A stretch of 64,000 nt of DNA from Patellaria atrata CBS 101060. Lineage: Eukaryota. The position numbers and the translations under genes were made by a program. Each line of letters begins with the position of its first letter. Position 1 is the stretch's first letter. The stretch spans positions 818,011-882,010 of the forward strand of contig MU006089.1 in assembly GCA_010093705.1 (NCBI GenBank). Direction: 5' to 3'. Shown here in pieces: positions 12,357-26,185 of the stretch. A model generated the notes under the pieces. It did no database searches, was not told where the DNA came from, and was given only the letters and a program-made list of their open reading frames with translations.

Positions 12357-15300
12357 AGTAAGGCTGCGATCAGGCATATTGAAGGTTGAGCTGTCCGATT
12401 ACTTTTGTAGGTAGTGATGATGTAAATATATTCGCTCTCTCACTGAGCTTGACGTTTTCTGGGAAAAGAACACAGAGTTTGGGTCTAAGTCCACAAGGCG
12501 AGGAGTTTAGAAAGGAACCAGATGTGTAATTCGTCTCTAGGTGCTTATTATATATGGGAACTGAGAGTCAGGTAAAGCAAGGAAGGGCGGGGGAGGGGAC
12601 GACATGGCAGGCAGAGGGATGCAAATTTGGTCCGCAAGCTTGTGATCACAAAAAAAAATACAATCATCCATGCTTTACTCAAGGATCCCGAGAAGCTGGG
12701 CGTATTCGTAAATGGTTCCTCGCTTTCTGAAGTGTGTGTCCAGCACGCTTGGTTGGTGTGAGAAGTAGCTGTTTTCGGTAAAAATTGATTGTCATCACGT
12801 AAAAGTAATGTATCATTCGCATGGCAGAAGCCTAAGGTAACTACTATATGTACTTGTAAACTCTTATTCAAGCCTTGTGAAACGTGCCCGATGGAGAATT
12901 TTCAGATTGGCTCTTGAAGGCACATTGCGTCAGCTATCACCCTTTTCAAGACGTTTCGGAGAGAGGAGATCCCAAGCCGGACTAAGGTAGAAAATCTTTT
13001 GCATCGTAGAGGTTGGTAAAAGCGCACGAACGGTTGGTACGTGGTTATGCATGAGTTGTTGGAAGCGAAGTGAATGAGAGCCGGTTGCAGCGATGTGTGA
13101 GAGAAAGGACACCGTCGTGGTCTGAAGTTAAAAATGAGCAGACAGTTTTGGGGGAGGAAATAGAACCATGATGTCGCAATGCTTGGCAAAATAATCATAC
13201 CTCCCCAGCCGTCAAAACCAAATCTTATCCCGAATTATTGTTGTAATTAAGCGAAAGCTTAGGTACGAGATCAATTTCATAAGCATACTTTTGTCTATTG
13301 CGTCAGAGCTTAAGGCCACTAATAATGAACTCCTCTTATTCTTTCTCATTGCAAAAGTACATGACTAAACTCCGCCGTCGCCTTTGGAAATCCATCGCCC
13401 TCTATATCTAGATGCCACATACAGTAGTTTACAGATCCAAGAAACCAGACTCCACCACCCGAAATCTAAAGATCAAACCGCTCATTCCGCCTAATAATGT
13501 CGTCCCCAGCGCTATGCAAACTCCTGTCCAAACCAAACGTACTTCATAAGATCGCTTCGATAACAATGGTCTACCGCCCCAAAGTCGATGATCCAACGCG
13601 CCGTCGCCATGCCGTAAATATAAATGTAGTGTAGTGTGATGTAATAAGAGGTCCAAATAAAATTGATGGAAGTGGAGGTCGGAGAGGTAGAACATGCAAC
13701 CATATGTTACATGTCACTTGGAGGTGTCGTGGTGGAAGAGGAGTGGTCCATAACGTTGAATGGAGGAGAATTGATAACATGGTTGTGCCTTCGTTGAGAG
13801 TACCCGCAACTTTCTTGTTCTAGGTCAAGACATGTCTCTGGTTTAGAGTTCCTGCGAGTCCACCTAGTTGCCATAAGGGTCGCGTGTTGATTTAGGTTCG
13901 TTCATGATGGAGACGACAACTGTCTCGAAGATTGCGAAAGCGAGAATGCTGACCATGTTTTTTGAGTATTGATTGAATTGAGATTGGTATTTATATAAAA
14001 TCGGGTGTGTACCGAGGAGTATAGTGATCTGGGACTTGCAATTGTATGTATTAACATGCGGACTAACTGGGAAATTTATAGGGCAGATACTCATCCTGCG
14101 TAGCAAGAAAGGGCGAAGGCCGCCCAACGGGCGCGTTACAAACCCTCACCATCCCAAAGACTTAGCAGTTGTAACAGCTTCATCTCATGTTAGTAGATAT
14201 CTCTGCCTTCTTTGCCTTGACTGCGCTTTTGCTGAGTTGTGGCAACGCATCTTTGGAAATAACGCAAAAGAGTCGGCCGGCAAAGAAAGGGCTGTTCCGT
14301 AGCCACTTGGGTTGAGAGTTCAAGGTCTCCTTAGTTCAGCGTCTCGGTCTGCTGAAATCGTTTGGCCGGGTGCTGTCAGGAACAAAGAGTTCAGATGTTT
14401 TTGCCTAGAGCCCTAGAGTTCTCACCCCCCTTCCATCCCCGTCCAAGCCACAAACCGTCTGGTCAAGTTCGGCCTTTGGACAAAACAACCATACATTCTG
14501 ATACGCGCTTGCCCTTTCATAGTATAACTGTACAAGTTGGTGAGTTCATAAGAGAATACTCAGCCACTTGCGGTGGGAGAGGTAGTTACAGGGCAGACTG
14601 GCCGGCTGTCCACAATTTCTACCGAACCCTCTCTTTTCCGGTCCTAGCAGCTGTGAGGAAGTAAGGGAGCCGCGCTAGAACCACTGATCCTGACCAGTCG
14701 ATGCATGGGATCATCAGGCACACGCTGCGAGATCTTTAGAACAATGAAATTCGTGAGGCTTGCAAACTCCCGTCTTGCTTTCGGCATAATACTTTTGACC
14801 CTCGGTCAGTACTATACAAGTTGTCATCAAACCCTAGGGTACCTAGGAATATATGCTTTCCTATTACCTTAGTTCTTACCGCGGTTGCCCGAGCGGTGGA
14901 CATCCCACGAGCCGGGACCTTTTTCATTGACCTGTCCCGTCACCTGTCGTATTCCTCTTCGAGAACATTGCCCTGTTGGGTAGTCATCTCGACAAGACGG
15001 TCAAGAGTCAAGATAGTTAAACTGACAAGTCATCATGCTTCGTGCTGAGGAACTGGTGGGATGCTCACGATCCCTCCTCCGCTAACCTCTATTTCCGTTG
15101 TCATTCATCCTAGGCAATGACCTTTTCGCGCTTCTGGCACATATTTGCCCTGTTGTACAGAACTACACGTCACATCCGGATCCGCGGTTGGAAGTATGTG
15201 CCCTGCAAAAGCGCACCCTGCTTTACCTTCGCCCTTTCTGTCGGCTTTGAACATGCAATTTGCGCGGGATGCGACAACTACTGTACTTACGATCGCCGCA

Positions 15301-16098
15301 CTTTGACTTGCAGTTTCGCTCGACGAGGGGCTTTCCGTATACAATCCATTTCCTAGGCTATCATGTGATCCTCACGCCTACCTGTGATCACGCTTCTAAC
15401 CATACAGCCCTCTATATCAAGTCATCAACTGTTCCCCCTTTTCAAGGATTCCGGATATAGCCGTTGCCTCACTTTTTCGATTGCTTGAAACGTTCCTACC
15501 ACAGCTGCTTGCGTGCTTGAAAGGTGGGATGGAAAGAACGGTGAAACACAATCTGGAAACGAAAGAAGTCAGAGTCAGATGTTTAACCGTAACGTCAATG
15601 TTGAATGACGCAAAAGTACTCCCGACCAAGTTTTGCAAAATAGGTATCGATTTATCGGAAGTCATAATGCTCCCTACACCTTTTCATCGCACAGAGCGTC
15701 CGCGACTCCGCGTTGCTAGGCAGCCGTTTGTTGATCTCCCAACCATTTCACGGATTACTGTCGATACTGTACGTAAATAACTGCTAAGTCATGGTTGATT
15801 TTGATCTTGTAAGTCGCACTAAAGAAGAGCCCATGATTGTGTCAACAGTACAGTATGACGTCCTTTCCCTATTGGTAAAGTTCAAGATGTACCTTACGGA
15901 GTTATCGGAACAGAAGTAACGCGAAGGCGGGGACTAAGGACGGTGCAACAATCACCACCGGAGCACCACCTTAGCCTAGAACTACCAACAGCTTTCCAGC
16001 TCTCTTCTCCTGCACCTTACATTCATCTTCCTAACACTCTGTACATACTTCTACTTCAATTTGTCAATTCTAAAGGGCCGTATACCAACTCTACAAAG

Positions 16099-16669
16099 AT
16101 GCGCTTCTCAGCGTTTACCCTCGTCGCCTCCCTCTGCGCTGTTGTCCTCGGACAGAGCTTGCTCGATTCCGTCCCTGAATGCGCCGTACGTCGCGCTTTC
16201 TACAATCACTCGAACACAGGGTGTTTATAAGTCTCAGAACTTGCAGCTGATAACAATATAGCAACCATGCATTCCTACAGATTACGGTGGTTGCAATCAG
16301 ATCAGTGTTGAATGCATTTGCAGTAATGATGCCTTCATTCAAGGAGTATCATGCTGCGCGGTCTCCCAATGCACCGGTGATGACCTGCAAAGTGCGTGCC
16401 ATACCACCGGTATTCCCATCAATCTTCGAGGAAAATCCTAACACACCTTTCAATTAGGTATCATTGACTTCGCGACCAATCTTTGCTCTACGAATGGTGT
16501 CACCCTGAACACGAATCCCTCTTGCCCATCAACAACAGCTCCTTCTGGCGCAAGTACCACTGCTACCGAGAGCGCTGCGGCTGCGACGACTTCAAATGTA
16601 GGGTGTCACAACTACAGCCCTGGGATGGGGATTGGAATGGCATTAGCGGGGCTTGCTGCAGCGTTGTGA
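16099..16669 (+). CDS. Small secreted CFEM-domain protein, probably GPI-anchored; 3 exons
   Basis: Signal peptide 'MRFSAFTLVASLCAVVLG'; 8-Cys pattern 'PECA/QPC..GGC..VECICSN..VSCC..QC..NLC'; S/T/A-rich stalk; hydrophobic tail 'GMGIGMALAGLAAAL'. Introns about 16186-16261 and 16392-16458. Confidence 0.88.
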
Positions 16670-17145
16670 GATAGAGATGGGAGTCGGGAGAGCCTAATGA
16701 AGGAGCAGGAGTTGACGGTATAATGTCCGTCGATGGGGTTTGGAAAGTTCAATTATGGAAGCTACCTTAATCACGCAACGATCCATTTGAACATCAAATA
16801 TTCAATGTATACTATAGTATGCCGCTTGGAAGCGTAGATACTCGTCAGCGAGAGTATACTTTAGAAAAACCTCACAAATACTTCCATGCACATTGCGTAT
16901 CTCCAATTTTAGCTTCACAGCACACATAGACAAAATCCAAGCGAAACATTGCATCTTCTAGCCCCGCACCAGCTTCAACCCTGTACGGAGAAAGCGACTT
17001 TGAGATGTACTGCACGCAACAGCATCCCACCCCAGGCATAACCACGCGTTATTTCGAACACCAACACTAGCTTTCCACATCTCAACCCGAGCTTTTATTC
17101 GGGCCCGGAAATGAACATATACAGTTCTCGAACACCTATAAAGCT

Positions 17146-19980
17146 ATGTCTAACTTCAGAAGAGCTCCACAACCGAACCTGGACCCCAATGGTGTTGCAG
17201 CAGCGCTTCGAGCAACACAAATTGTTGACTCGAAGCCGGTTCTACCAGCAGGTATGATGGTTACCTTTACTGAACACCTGGAGATGCCTGATTCTTCTAG
17301 AACTCATTGCCACTATCCTCGATTATCTCCCCATACCCGACTTACTCCGTTTTGCCCGCACCTCAAAACGCATACAAGAGATGGTTTATGACGACACAAG
17401 ATGGATACAGCGCCTAAGTAACATGGGGTGCTGGAACGAAGCAGAAGCACGGCAGAGGTTCGAAAATGCTATGAAGAGGAAGCTCGAAGTACAGCGGGCA
17501 AAAGAGGCAGAGGAAGCGAGGCGAACTGGCGTGGGCTTGAACGGAAGCGTCAATGGGATAGCAGGAGGCGGACCAGGCACAGGAACACTCTCCACGACCA
17601 TCTTCGATGCTGGGGTGGAACAGGAAAGGCAACGGAAGTCCATGGAGACGCCTGCCAGGCCCCGGGCGTCCACGATAGATCAGGGATTCGATGCTTTGAC
17701 GCTAGGGAGCCCTACCACCGCATCTTCAAATCCCTCATATGCACTGGATGTATTGAAGAGAGTGCGGTCGATTCGGGGATATGCGAGACAGGAGTATGGT
17801 AAAGTTTATGGGGCACTCGCGCCGCTCTACTTTGACCTTATCCGGGCAAGGAGTCATACCGACCCGGCACTTTTCAGGGCGTACAGAGATCCGGAGCAGC
17901 AAGCACAAATGCTGGCACAGTTGAAAATATTTTCGAAAAGTGATTGGAGTGAAGGCTCATTTGAAAGGGAGAATAAGTTAGAGTCAATGATGGGTATATT
18001 CGAAAACGCGGTGCTCAGGGAGTTCGAGCACGGCTATGAAACAGGTGACATCGACGGACGCATGAGAAGATACGCTCACGTGCTCGTAACTTTGAACGGT
18101 GGTGCAGCAGGTATCGACACCTTTATACAGAATCATTCCTTACTGCTTCATAAAGACGCATTGGGGAATCCTTTGGACTGCTTGAACGAAGCATCATCAG
18201 GAAGTATATCTCTGCGGCCATCGCAAAGCTTTTTCTCTACACTATCTACTGAACTGAACGATCAGGTATCTATCATTGACCGGGTATTCCCACATTCTGT
18301 AAGCGTAATCATTCCGTTTCTCGAAAGAGTTAGCGAGGACATTATCTCCGAGTATATCACTACACTCTTCGACGAAGCTCATGAACGCAATATAGAAAGC
18401 TACCTTAAAGCCGTATCGGGACTCTTTGAACAGAGCTTACAGTTCTCCCGATCTATCAAAGGTGCCAAGGGGTCCAGCGAAGCCTTTACGGCAGAAGTAC
18501 TACGTATTGTCTCTCGTAGTTTTGAACCTCATATTGACCTATATCTCCAAGAAGAGCTAGATTTCTTTAAGAAAAAATCTGAAGCCGAAGTTGACGCTTG
18601 GGGAAAGAGATTATCAGCTGAAGAGGCTTCAACAGAGTCAATCTTGATGGCCAATGTCAACCGACAGGCCGTTAAGAGAGACTTCTTGAGCTCCTTCAAA
18701 AAAGTGGTTATGGCTCCCGTAAATGCCCTACCGACAATGCCTTTTGCTGTTAGCAAACCTACCCCTACTGTTTTTAGCAATGGAGATACATTAGAACCTC
18801 CTTCTAGGTCCGCTACACCGGTACCTCCTGATCGATCTGCTAGTCCTGGGCCGGCTCCCACAACTGAGCTTGCGGCCAAAGCTGCCATCATGAATTCTAG
18901 GCTCGAGGGAATAAGATCACTTTTCAGTATTGAAGTGGCTCTTAATCTCATCCATGCCGCAAAGTCAAGTTTGGAGAGAGTAGCACTCTTCGTCCAGCTT
19001 GGTGGTCAATCCGGCGAGGAGGCAAAAGAGCAATGTGAAACTATCTTTGTTCAACTACTTGTAGTGCTAGGAAAGGGGCACATCAAACCAGGATTTGACA
19101 AAGCAGTGAATCACCTCTCTGCATATAATCCTCGAGAAGTAAGTGAGCACGGCAGTAAGGGCGTCGAACCTCTGGTCACATTCTTGGAACTGGTAAACGT
19201 GGGTGATCTGATACAACAGATGGTTGATGTTTTCTATGCACAAGAGATGGTAGCCAACAAATTAACCGAACGCGATGACTTTCTCAGTCAGGCAGTCAAA
19301 GAGAAGAAGCGATTTGAACAGATGCTGGATGAACGGGTCGCAGCAGGTCTCAATAAAGGCATAGATGTCCTGATGGATGAAGTGGAATATATATGCGCTA
19401 CAACTCAAGTGCCTACGGACTTCAATCCTACTGCAGATCCCAATCAACAAGTTTTCGACATCGGGCCAACAACTACCGCAAAGAGTGTTGTCAACTTGGT
19501 ATCCTCACATACTGACATGTTGGTCGGAAGTACTGATAAGAACATGCTAGATGTCTTCAATCAGGAAGTCGGGTTGCGCCTCTTCACTGCCCTCTGCAAA
19601 CATTTGAAGAGGCAAAGGATCAGTGTTGATGGCGCAATCAAGCTTATCAGGTACTTTCCTTTCCCCTTTTTCACCCATATGTTATCCACTCCAAACTAAC
19701 AACTCCCAGTGACACTAATCTCTACCACAACTACGTGACCACACTTCGAAACAAGTCTCTCACCCCCTATTTCAGCGCGCTACGCGAACTCTCTCAGATC
19801 TATCTCATATCCGCCAACGATGCAAAGGAAATTGCTACCATCATTGCGGACTCCGATCGGTACTATGGCATCTTTAGGGTAGAAGAGGTTTTGGAGTTTG
19901 CGGAGAGGAGAGCTGATTGGTTTATTGTAAGGAGGGATGTTGAACGGGCTATGTATGGGATGGGTTGCTCTATTATGTGA
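17146..19980 (+). CDS. RCY1: Recyclin-1: N-terminal F-box plus Sec10-like helical domain
   Basis: Spliced F-box 'KPVLPAELIATILDYL...MVYDDTRW'; C-terminal 'FSIEVALNLIH', 'ELVNVGDLIQQMVDVF', 'KKRFEQMLDERVAAGLNKGIDVLMDEVE', 'RRADWF..VERAMYGMGCSIM' (CaaX-like end). Introns about 17252-17300 and 19650-19709. Confidence 0.93.
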
Positions 19981-20923
19981 AGAGCTTCAAAGGGAAGTCC
20001 AGTACCCATAGCACCCACAGTACCCATTGGTAGAGACCGTATAAGCAGTAACAGGAATGCAAGAGAATCAATACTAATATACTCCTCATGGCGATATTTT
20101 TGGGTAATTCTATTGACGCCTTTTTAGTGACCTTTATTTCCACAGTCCAGGTCATTCTGTGGAAAAGGTGGTGGATCCGGAAGTCAGTTTGGTGGTAAGG
20201 TGGCTGCTAAGAAGAACAATTTTTGAAGACCCCCTAATACTGACATACTCGTCGATTAGTCCTGGACTATGATATACTATACAAAGAAAGATGGAAGGTT
20301 GGAACAAGCAGACAGCAATCAAGCTTATAATTAGAGTTTGCGGCTCCGCGGCTAGATCCCTGCCTCTACGATCTGGCCTGTTCAGGAAGGTCCAAACTCA
20401 ATTTTTAGCTCAGGACGATCGAGACGGCACAGCTAGAACTAATTGGGTGAGTTGTGCAAACAACAGCAAACATGCCATCAAACGAGCCCTTTTGGTCTTT
20501 TGGAGCCTCCACCATCTCTCCACAGCAACTCAGATCTCACCCGCTACTCCGCAATATTAACCTCCGCACTATCATTCACTATCCAATCACCCCTTACCCG
20601 CCTCCCATTGTCTGCCGTTACTTGCTTATACTGATTCCCGGCGATTGTTGAATTGCGGTGTTCGGCTACTTGCTGCCAACCTTTCGGCACTACCGTATTT
20701 GCACTTGTCGTAAACTCGTTATCCCGCCCGCCCTGCAGCTGAGTCTACCGCCGCCTTTGTGCCGCTACTAGCGATCGTCAAGCCGTACCACTCTACTACC
20801 TTATATCACGGATATTCCTTCACCTAGGACAGTCCGAGAAGCTTCTCATATACTATTCACGAAAATATCACGATTGCATCTTCATTCACACTCATTCGCG
20901 CTGCACCTAGTTAGTCAATCGCC

Positions 20924-22127
20924 ATGTCTTGTAAGCAATGACCCACCTCATGGCCTGCATTCGCAACCCATATGTTGTGTACACATTTACTGATCGTATG
21001 TCGTATAACCGCACAGTGACTTCAGACGAGATTGGCTCCTTCACCCCCATCATCGACGGCATTCTCGCCGCTAGTGATCTCAACACCATCTCCGCCAAGC
21101 GCATCCGCAAAGGTCTACAGGCGCAGGTCAACTACGACCTCACACCGAAGAAGGTATGCGCCCACAATAACCCCCCTCTCCTTTCACCCATATCAATCTC
21201 CCCGTGAACCTTCCTCTAATGTTGTCGCAACAGGATGGCATCACAGAGCTGATTATGCAACGTTTCGACGCCATCAACGAAAAGACCAACGGCACAAACG
21301 GCACCGACGTCCTTCCCTCCGTGGAAACAGATCCAACCCCCACGCACACCAGTGACGCTCCCAAAACTAACGGTACCACCACCGCCGCGCCAGAAATCTC
21401 CACCCCACCCGAGTCTGCCACCGCCTCCCCAAAGAAGCGCTCCGAGCCCTCCGAAGACTTCGACCTCTCCTCTCCCGCCGCATCCTTCCCACCGAAGAAG
21501 AAGCAGAAGAAAACCACCACCAGTGCTGGTGACAGGAGCGTAGAAGAAGACGACGCGGCGTTCGCGGCTAGACTACAAGCGGAAGAGAACAGTCGAGCCC
21601 GGGCGCGCGCGACGAGGGGGGGAGGCGCAGGGACGAAGAAGCGCGCACCGGTGAAGAAGGGAGATACGGGCAGGAAGAAGAAGAAGAGCGCGAACAAGGT
21701 ACGGGAGGACGATGACAGCGAGATAGAAAGTGGCGGGGAAGAAGGGAAGAAGGAGGTTAAGAGGACAGGGGGATTTCACGTAAGTAAAAAACCAAAACCC
21801 ATACTACACCACACCTTCCCTCCTATAACCCCACCATACACCACCGCCATCCCCCCTCCGGACAACAACACCTGATTTTAACCCAAACAGAAACCAATGG
21901 CTCTCTCTGCCCCCCTCTCCGCCTTACTAGGCGAAACACAGCTCTCCCGCCCCCAAACCGTAAAGAAGATCTGGGAGTACGTCAAGCAGCGCGACCTCCA
22001 GGACCCGAGCGACAAGAGGCAGATCAGATGTGATGATGCCATGAGGGCTGTGTTTAAGAGCGAGCGCGTGCATATGTTTACCATGAATAAGATTCTCAAT
22101 CAGAACTTGTACGCTTTAGATGAGTAG
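20924..22127 (+). CDS. DEK-C plus SWIB/MDM2 domain protein (UAF30/TRI1/Spp27-like); 4 exons
   Basis: 7-nt first coding exon (ATGTCTT|gtaag); DEK-C 'IIDGILAASDLNTISAKRIRKGL'; 'DDAAFAARLQAEEN'; SWIB 'GGFH|KPMALSAPLSALLGETQLSRPQTVKKIWEYVKQRDLQDPSDKRQIRCDD..MFTMNKIL'. Confidence 0.92.
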
Positions 22128-22709
22128 GTGTTCGAGGGGAAGCGGGGAAAGGGATAAAGAGCAAGGGGAAGAGGAAGGGTAAGGGTAGGGAAGAGAGTGT
22201 GAAGGGTCAGTGTTGGCTTAGTTTGGATTGGGTTTGGACTTTTGGATATAAATGTCACGGGTACCTTCAGGTTCATATCTGAGCGTGCGGTCTATTCTTT
22301 ATGCATGGCGACGACATCGGGCGCGGCGTTTACGGGTTTTTTGTTTCTTTCTTACGCGTCTTTGGATCGCAAAACGGTAGGGTGGCGGATCGTTTATTCA
22401 TATCTTAGCTATTTAGGAGATGTGAGGGGTTAGATATGTGAGGTGATGTGGATGACAAGGTTGGAAAGGAGAAGAGGTGTTGATAACGGAAGGTAGTTAG
22501 AGTAGAGGAAAAGAATATATTCGTGAAGATACCTTAGTGGATATATTTTCTAATCTGTGATACCATACGATAACTATTGAAGTTGCTTACAGGACCTGAT
22601 CAAACAAAACAGGTAGGACGCAATGTCAAGTAACAAATGACCTACCTTCCTACCCCCTAATCCAAACCCTTCCATCACTTGGAATCCAATACACCACCAC
22701 GTCACAACA

Positions 22710-24118
22710 TCACTCGTCCAACCTCGGCACCTCAAACCTAAACTCCTCCTCCTCCCCAAGTACCCCATTCAAATCGCCCTTCCCAACCTTCACATCCTCA
22801 TCCCTCCCCATATCTAACCCGGCAAACCTATTCCTAACCCACTCCTCTTCCTCCTCGTCCTCAACCAAGCCCCACATATCCCTCTCCCTTGCCTCAAACT
22901 TCGCCGGCGTGATCGTGCTCGCACTCGACACCTTCCTCTGATGGACAGCATTCCCCGCGCCCGCAGCGCTCGCGGAGCGTTTATACCTCTCTGCAAACGC
23001 TCCGGTAAGCGGCTTTCGCAGCGAAGTCGATGCGGCGCGGCCGTGGGAGTAGCCGAGTGTGGTGCGTGAGGCGGCGGTCGCGGCATTATGGCGCATGCTT
23101 GACGGATTGGAGGGAGGGGCCGGGGTTGTCTTTTTGCGGGAGAGGGGAAGGGGGAGGGAAGGAAGTTTGGATTTGGAAGCTGTGGTTGGAGCGGCGAAGG
23201 AAGGGGTGCGTTTGTGGGCGAGTTGGGAGAGGGCGGTTGCGGCGGTGCGGGATGTGAGGGTTGGAGGGGCTTTGGAGTCGTCTTTGGGTGCGGTGACGGG
23301 ACGGTATGCGGTTTTGTCTTTGGGGGAGAGTGAAGCGGGTTTGGGCCATGTGGGCATGGAAGCTTCGTAGGATTGCATGATTAGGGCGTCCATTTCTGCG
23401 TCCAAGGCTGCTTTATTTTCTGCGTCTTTGCGGGCAGCGGCTTCTTCTTCATCTGAGTCGAGTTGGAAGTAGGCTTCGAAGATACCGCGGTTATAGTTTT
23501 CAGGGAGAAACATGGGAAAGTCCTTGTCTTTGGGCCATTCTTCGTCACTTGGGTAATCTGGAAGTGGAATTTCTGGAGGTGGACAGTACTCGACCTCGGG
23601 CTCCTCATCATCTGCTTCAAGCGGAGTAGGTTCTGGTTGAAAGATCTTGACTTTAGGGCGCTGTAGTCGAGGGCTTCTACTCTTTTGTTGTGACTTGTGG
23701 GGTCCTTTGTCGATGGTTAGGGGAGCGGGAGTCTGAAATGCTTTGGCTTTTGCATTCGTCGTTTTCACACCCAGAGGAGCACGAGTTCGAGGGCCTATTG
23801 AATCGTGAGCTCCTGAATTTTACTGAGAACAGTTATAACCATACCTGCGGGTGTTACGAAAGCACTTTTATCGAAATCGCCGCCCTTCTTCCCTCCCATC
23901 TGAACATTCTCATTGCCCTTGCCATTGGTCCTTAACACCGACTTTCCAGGCCGAAATATAGCATTCTCATCATTTAATGGAACCTTAAATGGAGTTTTCG
24001 GGGCCTTATTTCCTGGAGTCTTTGATCCAAAGCCTCTAATGGTTTGATTGAGAGGTTTCGATACTGCAGCTTGTTGCTGAGCATTGATGATGTTCTCCGT
24101 ATCTCGAGCGGAAAACAT
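22710..24118 (-). CDS. Probable securin (Pds1/Cut2-like separase inhibitor)
   Basis: Two exons (intron 23844-23795). Basic N-half with D-box 'RAPLGVKTTN', acidic 'EPEVEYCPPPE.PLP' motif resembling the securin separase-interaction segment, many S/T-P sites, low complexity. Confidence 0.75.
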
Positions 24119-24500
24119 GGTGAATTCAATGGCGGAGGGGAGCGCTACATTGATGTCTAGATGATGTTTGATTGTATTTCTTGAAGGTAGTGTTTGTGGT
24201 GTTGCATGATCGATGTCTGAGATAGTTGGAAGGTGTACTGATGAATGTTTTGTTGATTACCGTTGCTAAGGCCCGGCTAAACCGTGGGTGTTTAGGGTTT
24301 CTAGGCCTGCAAACGTTATTAACAACCGCTTTGGTGCGTGCACTGTCACCTTCTTTAGGTTGCAGCTGTCTATCAACTCAGACATTTCAAACACCTCGTC
24401 CCCGCTCAAGAACAACAACCTACCTACGAACTTTCTCTCCTCAACCTACCTGCATCACATTCAAAACAGAACATAGTTTTTTATGCCATCTGAAACACCC

Positions 24501-25217
24501 ATGGATCGTATCAAGGAGGTAAAGCTTTTTCAAAATTGACCCCTCCTACTGTTTATACACGCAGACTTGCCCCACCCCCTTAATCGTCGTCCTTTCATGC
24601 CACAACAGTACCCCAACAAATTGGTTTCTCCGTTGACTAACAATGACTTTCACAGCGTATGAATGCTCTCCGCCTCGAGGCCGACGAATCTGCCGCTAGG
24701 GTAGATGAGCTCGCTGCTAAAGTCAAAACCCTTGAGCAAGAAACCCTCTCCAAGGAGCAAGAAATCACATCCCTCTCACACAGGAACCAGCTTCTCGAAG
24801 CCGAGGTAGAGAAGCTTGAGAACAACATCAAGGATGCAAAGAACGAGTTAGGTGACTCCAGAAGCGCCAACACCCAAGTCGAAACTCTACAGCGAAGGCT
24901 TCAGCTGCTCGAGGAGGAGGCGGAGGAAGCAGATAAGAACCTCAGAGAAGCAAACGAGAAGTGAGCAGATCTCGCTCTGATGTTATGCTTCAACATGTGT
25001 ACACGCAGTTCGTACCGACTACTACATGATACTAACCGTTGTTGCCTATTACAGGCTTCGCTTGACCGACGTGAAATCCGGCCACTACGAACGCAAGGTG
25101 GCAGCTCTCGAGCAGGAACGAGACCAGTGGGAGCAGAAGTATGAGGAGATGTCACAGAAGTATAATAAGACGAAGAAGGAATTGGACGATTTCGTTGCCG
25201 AAATTGGTAATATCTGA
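24501..25217 (+). CDS. TPM1: Tropomyosin; 3 exons
   Basis: 'MDRIKE|RMNALRLEADES...KEQEITSLSHRNQLLE...RRLQLLEEEAEEADKNLREANEK|LRLTDVKSGHYERKVAALE...EIGNI'. Exons 24501-24518, 24656-24961, 25055-25217. Confidence 0.96.
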
Positions 25218-25450
25218 GGAAGTTTCTGCTTTGGACAAAGTATGGATGGAAACAAGGGGCGTGCTCTTCAAGAATGTTGATACCTGGGCCTGGCTCTAGA
25301 ACTATGATACTTGGGGTAATTGTTAGCGATCTTTTCGTTGCTTTGCCTCTATTATTCGTGATATAGGCAACGTCATTTCCTTCACGGTTACATCCACTCT
25401 CAGCCAGTGCTCACTGAGGTATCCGTTACGTCTGCGTTCGTGCAGCACGG

Positions 25451-26185
25451 TCAACCTCGGCGCGCCTGCGCCTGTTTTCTATTCTTCTCCCGCTGCTTAA
25501 ATCTAGTAACCTGCCTCTCCGCCTTACTCTCATACCTAAACTTCTTCTTTTTCATCTTCGGCTTTTCAGCCTTCGGTCTCTCCTTCGTCCACTCACGCTT
25601 CTTTCCAGAAGCCTTATCACCCTTCTCAGTCGTCTTTGGAATCCCATCCTCATCCTCATCTTCGGTATCATCCTCCCCATCTCCACCATTCCCCACCTTC
25701 CGAAACCCTTCCCTCGTAATATCCACCGCCTCAATCGTGACCGTAGCAAATTTATCCTCATCAACATACTCCTCCTCCCGATCCACGATCTCGGGCTCCT
25801 GAAACCCATCCCACTCCTCTCCATCCCCACCCTCTTCCTCCTCATCCTCCTCCTCATCCTCCACACCAACAGCCTTCTTCAACAACGCCTCGACCTCCTC
25901 AACGTGTTTTTCCAGATCCGCCTTCCTCTGCTCCCGCAACTATAAACCCGTTAGTAACTCAACCCTCGCACAACCATAAAATGGAAAGAAACATACCTCC
26001 CGCCGCTCCCTCACCCGTTCCTTCCTCTCCCTCTTCGCAGCCTCCTCCTGTGCCCGGCTGATGCGCGCCACCTTCCGCTTGTGGAATCCGGAGAGCCAGT
26101 CCTGCCGCGCCGTGTCGTCGAAGTCGATGCTTTCTACTTTCTGCGCTTTGGGGAGTGGCTTGAGACGTTTGCGGGGGGGTGGCAT
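25451..26185 (-). CDS. RRP17: Nucleolar protein Nop25/NOL12 family (rRNA processing)
   Basis: 'VESIDFDDTARQDWLSGFHKRKVAR', 'EEEYVDEDKFATVTIEAV', 'KKKKFRYESKAER'. One intron about 25996-25940. Confidence 0.92.
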
